This document shows, one piece after another, positions 41,353 to 53,763 of a DNA stretch of 64,000 bases (positions are counted from its first letter, which is position 1; each line of letters opens with the position of its first letter). The stretch spans positions 183,024,001 to 183,088,000 of the forward strand of contig NC_042997.1 in NCBI RefSeq assembly GCF_006345805.1, in the 5' to 3' direction. The notes under the pieces were generated by a model that was given only the letters and a program-made list of their open reading frames with translations, searched no databases and had not been told where the DNA came from. Position numbers and translations under genes: made by a program. This DNA is from Octopus sinensis. Taxonomy: Eukaryota.

Positions 41353-41929
41353 TATTCCCCAATTGTCACATATAAAAATCAAACAGAACTCAAATATTCA
41401 CATAAGAAAACAAACATGTTAAGTACTTGTTATTTTGAAGTTACAAACATTAGCACAGGTGTGTGTGTGTGTGTGTGTGTTTGTGTGTGTGTGTATGTGT
41501 GTGTGTGTGTTTGTGTGTGTATGTGTGTGTGTGTGTTATAAATAGGTACACACATGTATGCATGAGACCTATACTATTTTTCTCCCATTTCCTCCTTCTC
41601 TCATTGATTCCCGTCGTCGCCATCCAAATTTCTTCTTCAAAAGATGTTACGAACATATTTTCTCTTATTCAGCCACACCTTTTTTTTCCTTTCCGTATCT
41701 CTTTCTCCTCCATCTCTGTTCCATCCTTTCCTCCTCATGTGCTACTGCACATTACGTTACATTACATACCCTTTGAAGTTTCTAGAACACTCGCACACAG
41801 CTACACACACACATATAGACGCAAATTAATGCAATAGAGATTTGACTATAACATCTACCTATCTGCCTTTCTATGTAATTTATCTGTGAACTACATTATC
41901 TACTCATCTATTTATCAACATATTATATA

Positions 41930-42321
41930 CTAGCAGTATCGCCCGGCGTTGCTCGGGTTTGTTTCCACCCTTTAGAATTGGAATTTTTGAAAAGTAAAAA
42001 TTTTGCATTATGTAGCTTGTTATTCTCTTTAAGTGAACATTTTTCTGGTTGAAATACACCGAAAAATGGCGACACAGCAGTCAAAAAATCGTAAAAAATG
42101 GGGATTTTCATAGAAAAAAAGCACCTTTTTGATGTAAATAATTTTTGATGTTAACATGGTCCAATTTGAATTTTTTCTTCTACGGAAGGAAGAGCAAGCC
42201 TTCTTCTATCATACTCTCAATTTTGGTCAACTTGCACCGCAAGGTCTCGGAGGAGATAGTGTTAGTTGAAGGCTACCAAACCTGCCATACACAGACAACT
42301 TCAGCTTTATATATATCGAGA
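41930..42321 (-). mobile_element. Non-autonomous Helitron
   Basis: Reverse complement of the 34361 element with TC and CTAG ends. Confidence 0.88.
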
Positions 42322-42669
42322 TTAATCTATCAATCCAAATGGACACGGATGCTATTTCTAGAAGCCGAGCAAACCACACACACACACTACATATATATTC
42401 GCACGCGCGCATGGTGTGATGTCTGGGCTAAATTTGACGAAATTTTATATCTCCTTTTTTTGAGGAACAGCTTGATGTATTGGTGGACATTCAAAGGCGT
42501 TGTAGAGCATAAAAAATAAAGATGTAGTTGAGAAAAAGCTGACTCGGAGGACTAGTAGCCATATGAATATTGGAAAAGAGTTACTTATATCATGATGTTC
42601 GCATCAGGTATGAAAATGCTGACATCATGACTGCTGCTTAATGCTCTGTAAACACTGTAAAGGCTGTAA

Positions 42670-43584
42670 GACATAACAGGGCCATCATGAAAACCGAATT
42701 CCCTCAAACTGTAATGGTCTTTGGATGTGTCACCAGTGAGGGTGACGTCATTTTTTTTTCCTTCTCGAGCCACGCCTGACTCATAAGGGCCGGTTTCCCG
42801 GTTTCTTTGGCGTAGAGGTTCCCCACCTGGACGGGACGCCAGTCCGTCGCAGGTGAGCTGCAAGATGCAGGAGGAAAGAGTGGGAGAAAGTTGTGGCGAA
42901 AGAGTCAGCAGAAGTTCGCTATTACCTTCTACCGGAGCCGCGTGGGGCTTAGGTGTTTCGCTCATAAACACACACATCGCCCGGTCTGAGATTCGAACCC
43001 ACGATCCCTCGACCGCGAGTCCGCTGCTCTAACCACTAGGCCATGTGCCTAGTGTCATGCCGGCTCACATCTTTAAACAGGACACTAGGTTCAATTCAGA
43101 TGGCTATGTGAAGTTGCTGTAGTCAAACTGACTGGAGAGGGTTGCTGCTGTAAAGCCATATGTGGGGTAGTAAGATTCAGCCCCTTGCCTTACCCCTGGG
43201 AAGAGTCAAGAGAAATTGTTAGACTTTCTACGACTTCACCAGTACCAATTTCCAGCCTTCTAATACTCGCGATTGTAACTATTGTGGAACGCGGTTGAGA
43301 ACGACACCAGCCTCTCGGCCTGCAACACTGAGATCAAAGAGGTGGCCAAGCTCAAGGAGGTGTTCGAAGATATTCCCAGGGGTATAGTGGGAACGCTTGT
43401 GCTAGGTTCTGGAGCTGTTTTGAGGCCGTGGTGGAAGCTAAAGGCGCTTACTTTGAGTAAATTGTTATCTCCCACCATAAATTCGTTGATATTAAAAAAA
43501 AATTTTTAATCGCTTTTATGATTTCAATGAGATATTATGCTTTCTTTTCCTTTTATGCAAATTGTAAAATTTAACCGGAACACC

Positions 43585-43587
<3 letters not shown>
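42670..43587 (+). mobile_element. Tc1/mariner-superfamily (maT/DD37D-like) transposase fossil
   Basis: MKTEFPQTVMVFGCVTSEGDV / MPAHIF..YVKLL..PYVG**DSAPC..QPSNTRDCN..WNAVE; interrupted by a SINE. Confidence 0.75.
42752..43050 (-). mobile_element. tRNA-derived SINE with V-domain-like core
   Basis: A box tggcctagtgg, B box ggttcgaatc, cctgcgacggactggcgtcccgtccagg, A tail; gtcat duplicated on both sides. Confidence 0.85.
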
Positions 43588-43632
<45 letters not shown>

Positions 43633-43652
43633 ATATATATTATATATATATA

Positions 43653-43692
<40 letters not shown>

Positions 43693-43714
43693 TATATATA
43701 TAATATATATATAT

Positions 43715-44390
43715 GGGGAGAATTCACATAAAATAAAACACAGACGAAGACAGATGGTGTAGACAACAAACAGATGCATTAGTATAACGCTCGGGAAGTG
43801 AAAAAGTCTTTAACGTTTCGAGCCTACGCTCTTCCACAGAAAGGAACATAGAAAGAAACAAGGAGAGAAACTAAAGAATGTGTAGTGGCTAGCGAATCTA
43901 TCATGGCGAATGCCGGACAGAAGGGTCACACATGAGAGAAGGGGAGATAATAAAGTTGTGGTGATCCCAAAACGAAAGTGCGTGTGTATAAGAGTTTGTA
44001 TGTGCGTGTGGAATGGGGCTGGTGATCTTGACGTGTGCCTGTGTGTATGTGTAGGTGTGAAAATGAGAGTCTAGGAAGTAGTCAGTGCTGATGTGTGGGT
44101 GGTGGTGTGTTGTGATGTAATGTGTTGTGTGGTACGGTGGTGTAGGGTGTAGTGGTGTGTGGTGTGATGGTGTTGGGAGGTGGGGGAGGCGAGAGTGGGG
44201 AAAGTAAGAGTAGGGTGTAGGTTAGGCACAAGGTGGAGTATGTGGGTAGGCGCAGGGTGGGGTAGAGGTGTTGTATGTAGGAGTAGGTGTAAGGGATGGG
44301 TGGGATGTGATGGGGAAGGATAGGGAAGGCTATATGTGTGTGTGAGCGTGTAGAAAGTTGAAAAGGAACACGCGAGTTGATATATATATG
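43715..44390 (-). mobile_element. PLE-type 3' terminal region with hammerhead motif
   Basis: Homologous to 55450-55590 (+); C/A-rich UTR; abuts (TA)n. Confidence 0.65.
43808..43843 (-). ncRNA. Minimal hammerhead motif (variant core CTGTGGA)
   Basis: cttt-CTGTGGA-A-GAGC(gtag)GCTC-GAAACGTT-aaag. Confidence 0.55.
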
Positions 44391-44436
44391 GAAAAAGTCA
44401 AGGTAGAAAATGTTAAAATAAGTTTATAAAAAACAT

Positions 44437-44476
44437 TTCAGTACCGGTTTCAATCATTGAGATTTCTTCAACTGTA
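44437..44476 (-). ncRNA. Minimal type-I hammerhead motif (U3 variant)
   Basis: cag-TTGAAGA-AATC(tcaat)GATT-GAAACCGGTA-ctg; palindromic stem III ACCGGT, GUA site. Confidence 0.65.
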
Positions 44477-44636
44477 AGCATGGAAAACAATTAAATTTTG
44501 GGAAAATTAAATGAAAAGTTTTTTAAAAGAATATTTGCATGGTATTCAAATACAAGGGGCAATTTCCTTGTTTCTGCCTGTCTCTGTCTCTCTTGTTTAC
44601 TCTTGTGGGTTCGAAGTCGTTGTGAATTCTTGGCAG

Positions 44637-44719
<83 letters not shown>

Positions 44720-45034
44720 AATGTGGGAGTGCTATGATAGTAGTAGGATATTAAATGGTCAAGTGCCCTGAAAGTGACTTGTGAATGGTAGAGGTGACTG
44801 AATTCTTGAGATATCTCTTTTGAATGTATTGTTTATAATATTTGCATCTGTGTTATTCTAAACAGCAGTAGTAGTAAAGTAAGGAAGGAGGTGGCGGAAA
44901 GGAAGAAGACGAAAAAGAAGAAGGAGAAAGAGAAGAAGGGAGAATGATAAGGGAATGCGGCATGGTATGATAGTAGTAGGATGTTAAATGGTCAAGTGAC
45001 CTAAAAGTGAATCGATGTGGATTATAGCAGTGAT

Positions 45035-45828
45035 AGGGCTGTCTCTTGCTTTTTATGATGGTATGTGTTTGTAGGATTAAGTTCATTCTGTGGTCCTTTT
45101 TTAGCAGGGGAATGTTTTGAAGGATGGTGTCCAAAGCTTCATTGTTAAGATGATTGTGTGTGGAGATGTATGGTAGGGCTTTTGGCTGTAAATCCTTCTT
45201 TAATTTGGGATGTCTGAGTTCGTGGATATTGAGTTGTATGGCACGTTGAAAGCATGTCAATAAGTGAAGGTGGGTAGTTCCTGGTGATGAGCGTATCCTT
45301 TAGTTCATGTAGTCGTGTATCCCTGGTGCTTGCATTAGAAATTATAGTACATATCCTTTTTGCTAGGTTGAAGGGGATATTCATTCTGGTGTGTCTGGGG
45401 TGGCATGAGTTGAACGGTAGATATTGCTTGGAGTCCGTGGGCTTGTAGTATATGTCTGTTTCTATTACGTTGTTAGATTTCTTAATGAGGATGTCGAGGA
45501 AGGGAAGTTGTAGATGGCTATATTCCATCGTGAATTGAATGTTTACGTCAAGTCCGTTTATAAGTGCTTGGAATTCTTTAAGTATCTCTATACTTTCATG
45601 CCAAAGAATGAAGCAGTCATACAGGTATTTCTTCCAGTTATTTTCTATGTAGAGAGAGATGGACTGCCGTATTTTTCTCGAACCTTACGATAAAGACTAA
45701 TTTCTAGATATCCCATGACTAGGTTAGCAAAGGAGGGGACCATTCTCATACCCATCGCAGTCCCCGATTATAGTCGATAGAAGTTGTCTTTGAAGACGAA
45801 GTAGTTATTCTTCAAGATGAATTTTAGA
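45035..45828 (-). pseudogene. PLE reverse transcriptase core and thumb, decayed
   Basis: LKFILKNNYF..GTAMG..PSFANLVMGYLE..WKKYLYDCF..IQFTME..LPFLD..TDIYYKPTDSKQYL..SCHP..IPFNLAKRI..KSKRQP. Confidence 0.92.
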
Positions 45829-46960
45829 TACACAATAGTGAGAAAGTAAGTAACGCATGCAGAATAGCCACAGACATAATAATCAAAGTCTCTACTCTTA
45901 ATGACCTCAAATTGAGACCTATAATAGCAGGTCCCGTATGCGAAACACACCGCCTCAGTAACTTTTAGATACCCTCTTAAAACCATTCCTCAAGCATGTC
46001 AAAAACTACATAAGGGACGACCTGGATATGCTCAATCACCTTCCTTGAACAATAAACAAAAACACCCTACTAGTATCTTTCGATGTAGTCATCCTCTATT
46101 CCAATATCCCCCACAACCTAGGAATAGAGGCAATTCAGTTCTGACTAGAAAATTACACCGACGAACTCCCACATCGCATCAAAAAAGAATTCGTGATAGA
46201 AGGGCTAAAATTCATCTTGAAGAATCACTAATTTCAACGTGCCGTACAACTCAATATCCACGAACTCAGACATCCCAAATTAAAGTTAGTTAGTTAGTTA
46301 GTTAATTTTTTGGCTCAAAAAGCAAAAAAGCAAGGCCATGGGATTTACAACCAAAAGCCCTACAATACATCTCCACACACAACCCTCTTAACAATGAAGC
46401 CTTCGACACCTTCCTTCAAAACATTCCCCTGCTAAAAAAGGACCACAGAATGAACTTAATTCTCCAAACACACGCCATCATAAAAAGCAAGAGACAGCCC
46501 AAATCTATGAAAAGTCTCCTAACACAAACCCGAATACGCTCAACAACAACATTGAAGCTGTCAGTAAAAAAAATGAGGGAGACCCAACTGTGGGATATGC
46601 GTCAATTTAATTGAGGGATCAGAGTTTTCCTTCAAACAGGGACAACGTTTCACAGTGAAAACTAGCTTCACATATGCTTCGGAAAACCTGATATACACCC
46701 TAACCTGCTCTGGGTGTCAAGAGCAATAGATAGGCCAAACAAAAAAACAGTCTACGCCAAAGGATGGCTCTACATAGACTCCAAATCAAAATTCGGAAAT
46801 ACAGAAAAATGGCATTCAAGGAACGCATCTACATTTGCGCCAATAACAAACAGTCCAGCTTCAGAATTCTCCTTCACTGAATTACTATTTTTTCTCCTCT
46901 CCCTTCACTTATACTACTCTTTCTCCTACTCCCTCCTCTGTGATTTTGGACAAAATATAT
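45829..46960 (+). pseudogene. PLE RT N-part, linker and GIY-YIG endonuclease (RT core deleted), Naiad-like
   Basis: IHNSEK..DLKLRPIIAGP..ETHRLSNFLD..SFDVVILYSNIPH..LKFILKN then RQPKSMKSLLT..*GRPNCGIC..NLIYTLTCSGCQEQ*IGQT. Confidence 0.9.
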
Positions 46961-47222
46961 ATATATATACAAATACATAAAAACACTACCCTCATTAAAA
47001 ATGATCTAAATGAACCTACTCAAAGTAACTTTTCATATAAAAAAATACAGAAAACTGAAGAGCTGCTATAAAAAATATCTAAACCAACATTACCATTGTC
47101 AGGTAATGCAGAGTAAGTGCTATAGATAAACCATAGTTAAGCTCCAGGTTCGGTGATTATGCGAATAAAGTGTCCAACGTAGGTCATATATCAGCGTGCG
47201 TATATATAAAAAAATTTTTTTC

Positions 47223-47283
47223 ATGAGATTAAAAAAAACCAAGGCTGTGAAACCTTCTCAGCCTTGGTTTTTTTAAATCTCAT
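47223..47283. repeat. Near-perfect 25-bp hairpin
   Basis: atgagattaaaaaaaaccaaggctg / cagccttggtttttttaaatctcat. Confidence 0.9.
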
Positions 47284-48011
47284 TCTGAATATATATATAT
47301 ATATATATACATATAATAACATAAATAATATATAAACATATGTCTATATACATACATATATGTACATACCTACATCTATATGTATATATACATACATATA
47401 TGGGTACAGGATACAAAAAAAAAACGTTGAACACAATGAGAAACGAAAACATAAAAACAAAAACATGGAAACGAACATTTTTTCAAACAACAAAAAAACA
47501 GAGTACAAGACATACAACACAAAGAATATTCCCCTTCTTCAGTTGTCCCTGTTTCGTCTACTCCGCGTTTCGTTCTCTCTTTTTCTCTTTCTCTTTCTTC
47601 TTCGTCTTCTTCCTTTCCGCCACCTCCTTTCTTACTTTACTACTACTGCAAATATAAACAATACATTCAAAAGAGATATCTCAAGAATTCAGTCACTACT
47701 ACCATCCTTGTGTTGTATGTCTTGTACTCTGTTTTTTTCGTTGTTTGACCCCAGTATTGTTTTTTAAAATCTGGTACTTATTATTTTGCCGAACCGCTAA
47801 GTTACGGTGACGAAAACACACCAACATCAGTTTTCAAGCGGTGGTAGAGGACAAACGCCGATACAAAATCCCAAATACAGACACACAAACATATAAGTGT
47901 GTGTGTGTGTTTGTGTTTGAAAACTGGTGTTGGTGTGTTTACGTCCCTGTAACTTAGCGGTTTGGCAAAAGTGACCAAAAGAATAAGCACCAGGCTTTAA
48001 GATATATATAT

Positions 48012-48076
<65 letters not shown>

Positions 48077-48101
48077 GATATATATATATATATATATATA
48101 T

Positions 48102-49070
48102 TGTTACGAACCCTGCCGTCGCTCAAACTCGAACCCGGGACCCTACTAAGTCGAGCGATGACGATTGACCAGCTCAGTCGAACGGGAATCTGCCACACAG
48201 AGAGGAAACGGTGGTGGGGGATGGCAGCGAACTCGAACCGGCGACCGGAGATAACAACAACAACAACAGCAGGAGGAAGAGACAGAGAGACGGCGGAAGG
48301 GAATCACTTACATTTAACAACAATTTATACGACTATTACGACATCAAATACAATGTGATACATAGCAGATACATTAAAGAAAATAACATGCAACAGAATC
48401 AAAAAGAAAAACAACAAAGGCATGCACGATTCAGAACGTCCGAAGCAATCAAAACAGTTCAAATTGATGCAATATAGTTCGAAACAATGTTCTACATTAA
48501 AGTCTTTCTCTTTCTTTCCTTTTCTCTTCAACACAATTCACAATGTTCTTTATAATCTCATTTCTTTTCTTCCTCTTTTTTTCTTTTGACACAATTCTTT
48601 TTTCCTTCTTTTTCCTCAATTCACAGTTCTTTTTTTGCAACACAGTTCACAATTTAAACATAAACAAAACATACCGTTACAAGCTCCTACTACAATAGCC
48701 AATGCCTTCACACCGTAATCTCCCTCACCTCCTCAATCCTCTGTGTATGTCTTTCTCAACGTTGTCGTTGCCTCTCGCCATCCTCACCTTCTTGGCTGAC
48801 CGTCCGTATCACTGCTGTCTTTTGCCAATTCACTGTCTCAGGCAGAACTGACCTGTTGCCATCTCACTGTCTCAGGCAGAACTGACCAGCCCAGCTCGTC
48901 GCATTTTAAAGGGTGGTTTCTTAAACTTTCCCTGACCGGAAAAGGGTCAGATATCTCTTCCAAACCCATTAATCTCTTCAGAAACCGACAGGACAAAGGC
49001 TTTATCCGTCTGCCTGGCGCCAAACCACGAAACCAGGCCACAAGCACTCTGTTTCTCAACTAACCTCCAT
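48102..49070 (-). mobile_element. Solo LTR related to 14150-15162, inserted in (TA)n
   Basis: tgttacgaa terminus; shares gtcgctcgactt.gtagggtcccggg and accctttaaaa.gcga with the first copy. Confidence 0.75.
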
Positions 49071-49085
49071 ATATATATATATATA

Positions 49086-49158
<73 letters not shown>

Positions 49159-49908
49159 TAACAGCTTCTTTCAGTTTCCGTCTACCAAATCTACTTACTA
49201 GACTTTGGCTGACCCGAGGCTATAGGTGAAGACATTTGCTCAGGCTTCCACGCAGTGGAATTGAACCCGGAATCATTTGGTTAGGAAGCAAACCTCTTAC
49301 CACACAACCACAAATTCTCTCATTAACTAACAACATACAATATCTAAGAATTCAAAAATTTTAATTCTTTGTAAAATTCCGCGAAATAGTGCAAGAGACA
49401 AAGATCTCTCGAAGTGTAATACTCTTTTTGGAGCCATTCATATATAGAGATGCATTTTCTATTATAGATCAAATCGCTCATATAATTATAGATATTAGCA
49501 TCCTTTCCGCTTTGGTCGACTTTGCCTCTTATCTTTTCGGGGTCGATAAAATGAGTACCCTGTTGAATACTAGGATTGATGTAATCGACCTTTCGCTCTC
49601 CTAAAATTGCTGGTATGTGCCAAAGTTTGAAACCAATATTGGCATCATTTGCACAGCAGATTTCCGGGTGGAAATTTTTTGAAAGAGAATCAAACTCGAT
49701 TAATTAGTGTTTTGAAAAGGACACAATGTTGAGAAAGCAGGCAGTTAGAGTGTTAAAAAAAAACAGAAGGGAGGATAATTCCGAGTTCGTTTGTACTGGA
49801 TAGGTTTCTACTGTTTATACAGGCTATGGAAACAGTGAAGTGTTTGGTGTAACTGTAGTTGACATAAAAGTTATTATTATTGAAAATCCTGTTTGTGGGA
49901 AATGCTTA

Positions 49909-50610
49909 GGATCTTTACCTTTTGACCGACAGATTTTTAAAATAATTTTTTGTAACTAAACACTTTCAAACTTCGGACACTGGTGGAATGTGTCATATAA
50001 AACATCTTTTACTCTTAGCATTTTTGAGAAAAACTTATATTTACGAAGTTATTATATGTTAAAGTAGTCCTATTTCGCTAATTTCAACCAATCAATGACG
50101 TGTATTCAGCTGAATAAAATTACTGCTGTTGTTTGTCAACAACAACTTCCGGCGGTGTATATTTCGTTTGTCATTGTTATTTATGACAACCCGAACCCTA
50201 AAACCCTAACCCTAACCCTAAAACCTTAACCCTAACCCTAACCCTAAAACCTTAACCCTAACCCTAACCCTAAAACCCTAACCCTAACCCCAAAACCTTA
50301 AGTCTAAAACCAGTACAAACGCACGAACGATGTCATAAATAACAGTGACAACGAAGAATATACCGCCGATAGTTGTTGTTGACAAACAACAGCAGTAATT
50401 TTATTCAGCTGAATACACGTCATTGATTGGTTGAAATTACCGAAATAGGACAACTTTAACGTGAAATAACATCGTAAATATAAGTTTTTCTCAAAAATGA
50501 TACGAGTAAAAGATGTTTTATATGGACACATTCTACCTGTGTTCGAAGTTTGAAAGTGTTTAGTTACAAAAAATTATTTTTTTAATCTGTCGGTCAAAAG
50601 GTAAAGATCC
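49909..50610. mobile_element. Foldback MITE with ~280-bp TIRs, telomeric-repeat core and 8-bp TSD (Merlin-like)
   Basis: ggatctttaccttttgaccgacagatt / aatctgtcggtcaaaaggtaaagatcc; TSD aatgctta at 49901-49908 and 50611-50618; (CCCTAA)n variants at 50190-50300. Confidence 0.92.
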
Positions 50611-50699
50611 AATGCTTATAAATGAGTCTTAAGAAATTTGTAGCTATATTTAAGCAAACATTTAAGCTATATACAGAGCATCATACAGGTTTATCTTTC

Positions 50700-50970
50700 G
50701 TTCCCTATATATGAGTTTATGTAAATCAGTGTTGCTCTGTATGCAACTTATTCTATCTTGGAAGCGGTGTTCGAAGAAGGCGTTATTGAAATAAAAATGA
50801 TTATAATAACCAGCACGATTAAATAAGTTCTCATCAGAAAATATACTTGATAGGCGCTCATTCATCAGACTTTTAGGACTGGTGGCTGGTAGTTGAGGGC
50901 TATATCAGTGTACAACATTTTCTTGCAGCGTTTAATATATAGAGAGGATCACGTCTTTTTGTGCATTGTA
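50700..50970 (-). pseudogene. Possible decayed PLE RT thumb fragment
   Basis: DPLYI..NERLSSIFSDENLFNRAGYY resembles the IN.RLS..SS.E.IFN.A..Y segment. Confidence 0.35.
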
Positions 50971-51131
50971 TTAAATAAATGAAAATGTAACGAGTTACTC
51001 AATGCTTCTTTCTGGCAATCAATTAAATCTTGATGTATTATTAATTAATAATATCTCGAAGTTTTCGAATATTCATAAAGTATTGAACAATCTTAAACTT
51101 TACACCTAGAGTTTATTATTCAAGAGAGAAA

Positions 51132-51220
<89 letters not shown>

Positions 51221-52702
51221 CTAGCTTAAAGGCTGCTCAATAGGACAGCTTTTAAGCTAGCCCCTATGGAGGGTTCTTCATTGGGCCTTGAGCTCAATAA
51301 TGACACTTCATGCATTGAATACATATTAAATTTTATTAAACTTGACCAATATTTTTCAAGCAATGAACAATTTTCGTCAAAACAACGGTATAATTTGTCG
51401 ACTTGGAACTTATTGCAAAGCTTCATGATAAACATTTTTTGTCTTTCCATTCGGAGATCAGTACAATTTTTTTCTGTCTAACCACTTTCTTTCTCTCTCC
51501 TTATCTCTCTTTCTGTTGATTGTTTTCAACCATCACCAGCACCAGCACCACCACCATCGCCACGACAACTGTAATACACACACCATTCAGACTTCTGACG
51601 CCACTACCATCAACACCTTTGACTTCGCCACCTTCCCCTCCACCACCATCACCACTATCTTTCACCTCCCTCACTATCATTGTCATGTTTCACCGCCTCA
51701 GCTACCAACACCACGAAGTTAACTCTCTGGGAAAGCAGAAGCTAAGCAAATATTTCTCTTTTCCTCAGTTGCTTAACTTCAAAAACTTTTATAATAATAC
51801 ATTATTCTTACCGAACTTTTAATCAATAAACCTCAATAAGTTGAACGCGTCGGGTATTACGATTGCTGCAAACGCATAGGCGCCGTCAGTCGAGTAAAAC
51901 CCGAAAGTTATTGCAGTCTTTCACTACTAAGATCTACTCATTTGTTGCTCCCATCCCCTCCCAGGTAGAGAGGATGTCTACTTTTCCTTATCCATGAATT
52001 CTGTGTTAATAAAGTATGTCACTTCTTAAATCATTCAATTTGTAACGAATTCGTTTGTGACCGAATTTCTAATCTCTTGCTTCATTACCTGGCGTTCACG
52101 AAGTAGAAGCCATAGCTATTTCTTATGCAGTTGTCACTGCTATTATTGCTAGTAATGCTTCTGCTATATGTTACTGTCGACAGCACGTAGCCACTATGAA
52201 GATCTCTGTCTGTCTGTCTGTCTCTCTTTCTCTCTGTCAACGTTACAGAAAGCGGAATTAATTGGTTTGTATAGATTTGTATGAACTAGTACAACAGAGA
52301 TCTATATAGACCAACAGCAGATCTATACAGACCAGTACTGCCAGAGATGTGTATAGACCAGTTCAGGAAGGAATTATTTTATAATTTGAGTCAGAAAGAA
52401 AATATATCACTAACTTGTTTTGTTTTCTTTCAGCCTTAAATGTCTCGATCGAGCAGACAAATCAATGATCAAAGTTCCATTGTTTTGTCTCATCACAGCG
52501 CACACAGAACTACCGCATCCAATGTGGCCTTCATTATTTAAGAGAATATGGTATCATATAAGGAAAATTGACTTTTATTTCTAGCAGATCGTTCGACAAC
52601 ATAGACTCATATTCCTCGTATTGACTCATATTCTTCCGAGGGAAGCGTTACAACTCCTTTGAAAAACATGTCTAACACAAAGTCTACTTGTTTTGCCACT
52701 TA

Positions 52703-53214
52703 CCGTAAATCCTCGAGCATAGTCCGCCCTTGAGTATAATACACAGGGGATTTTTAGGGGGCTGTACCTCTGAAAAACCTAAACCTTGTGTATAATATGC
52801 ACCCCTTCTCTAACTTGAGTCAAGAAGGTCCATATAACGTCCCTGGTTTGTAAAAATGTATACGGTAACGTACTTTATTATTATTGTATATATAGCATAA
52901 TGCAAACGTGTAGCTTTTTTGTGCATTTTGTTTGCAGAAAATAAAGAAGTAACAGTAATAACGTTTAATAAATGTTGCTTACTGCAAGTTATGGATGATT
53001 CTTTTATGACTTCATTGCTTTCAGGCTTAGCTTAAGGTATTTTCGCGTCCGACATCACAAAATGCATCTGAATAAACATTGCCGGACAGCAAATAAAGAC
53101 TCGGACATTGCTTAGAAAATATTTTTCATTTTTAACCTCGCATATAGTACGCACTAGGGATTTTGACCTTTAAATTTGGGGAAAAAATTGCAGATTATAC
53201 TCGAGGATTTACGG
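52703..53214. mobile_element. Tc1/mariner (pogo-like) MITE, second copy
   Basis: TA|ccgtaaatcctcgag...ctcgaggatttacgg|TA. Confidence 0.88.
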
Positions 53215-53369
53215 TATATTTATTTAATAAAATCCATACCATAGTTCTATTAAACTATGCTGTATAAATCGCGCTAGTCTTTCAGTCTTTCTCTATGGAG
53301 GAAAGGGAAGGGTTTCTTTTTAAATTTTTTTATTTTTCATTATTTATATATTTCTGTATTATATATTGG

Positions 53370-53738
53370 TGCAGGCATAGCTGTGTGGTTAAGAAATTTA
53401 CTTTGCAATCTCGTAGTGTCGAGATCAGTCCCACAGCACGGCACTTTGGGCAAGTGTCTTCTACTATAGCGCCCGACCAATATCTTGGGAGGGAATTTAA
53501 TAGATAGAAACTGTGTGGAAGCCTGTTGTACGTGTGTGTTCTTGTGTTTGTCTCCCTTACCGCTTGACAACCAGTCTTGATTTGTTTACATACCCGCAAC
53601 TTAGCGGTTCGGCAAAAGACATCGATAAGTACCAGACTTAAAAGTAAGTACAGGGGGTCGACTTGTTCCATTTAGTCCTTCGAGGTAGTACTCCAGCTAG
53701 GCCACAGCCCAGTGACTGAATCAAGTTAAAAGATAAAA
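53370..53738 (+). mobile_element. Older SINE family A copy
   Basis: Diverged head, body and tail motifs. Confidence 0.75.
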
Positions 53739-53763
53739 TCGACATTTACAGAATGATCATACC

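Noticed and set aside
43585-43715. Phase slips (tt/aa) inside (TA)n tracts, repeated across the window
   Set aside because: Probably slippage or consensus errors; cannot be judged without reads
46990-47080. Possible SECIS (ATGA...AA...GA) after the Naiad-like ORF
   Set aside because: Could not form a convincing helix II or GA quartet by eye
47521-47572. GAAAC and CTGAAGA boxes on the minus strand
   Set aside because: Order and stems do not make a complete hammerhead; likely truncated at an inversion junction
50190-50300. True telomere or chromosome fusion site
   Set aside because: Short, single orientation and enclosed by TIRs with a TSD
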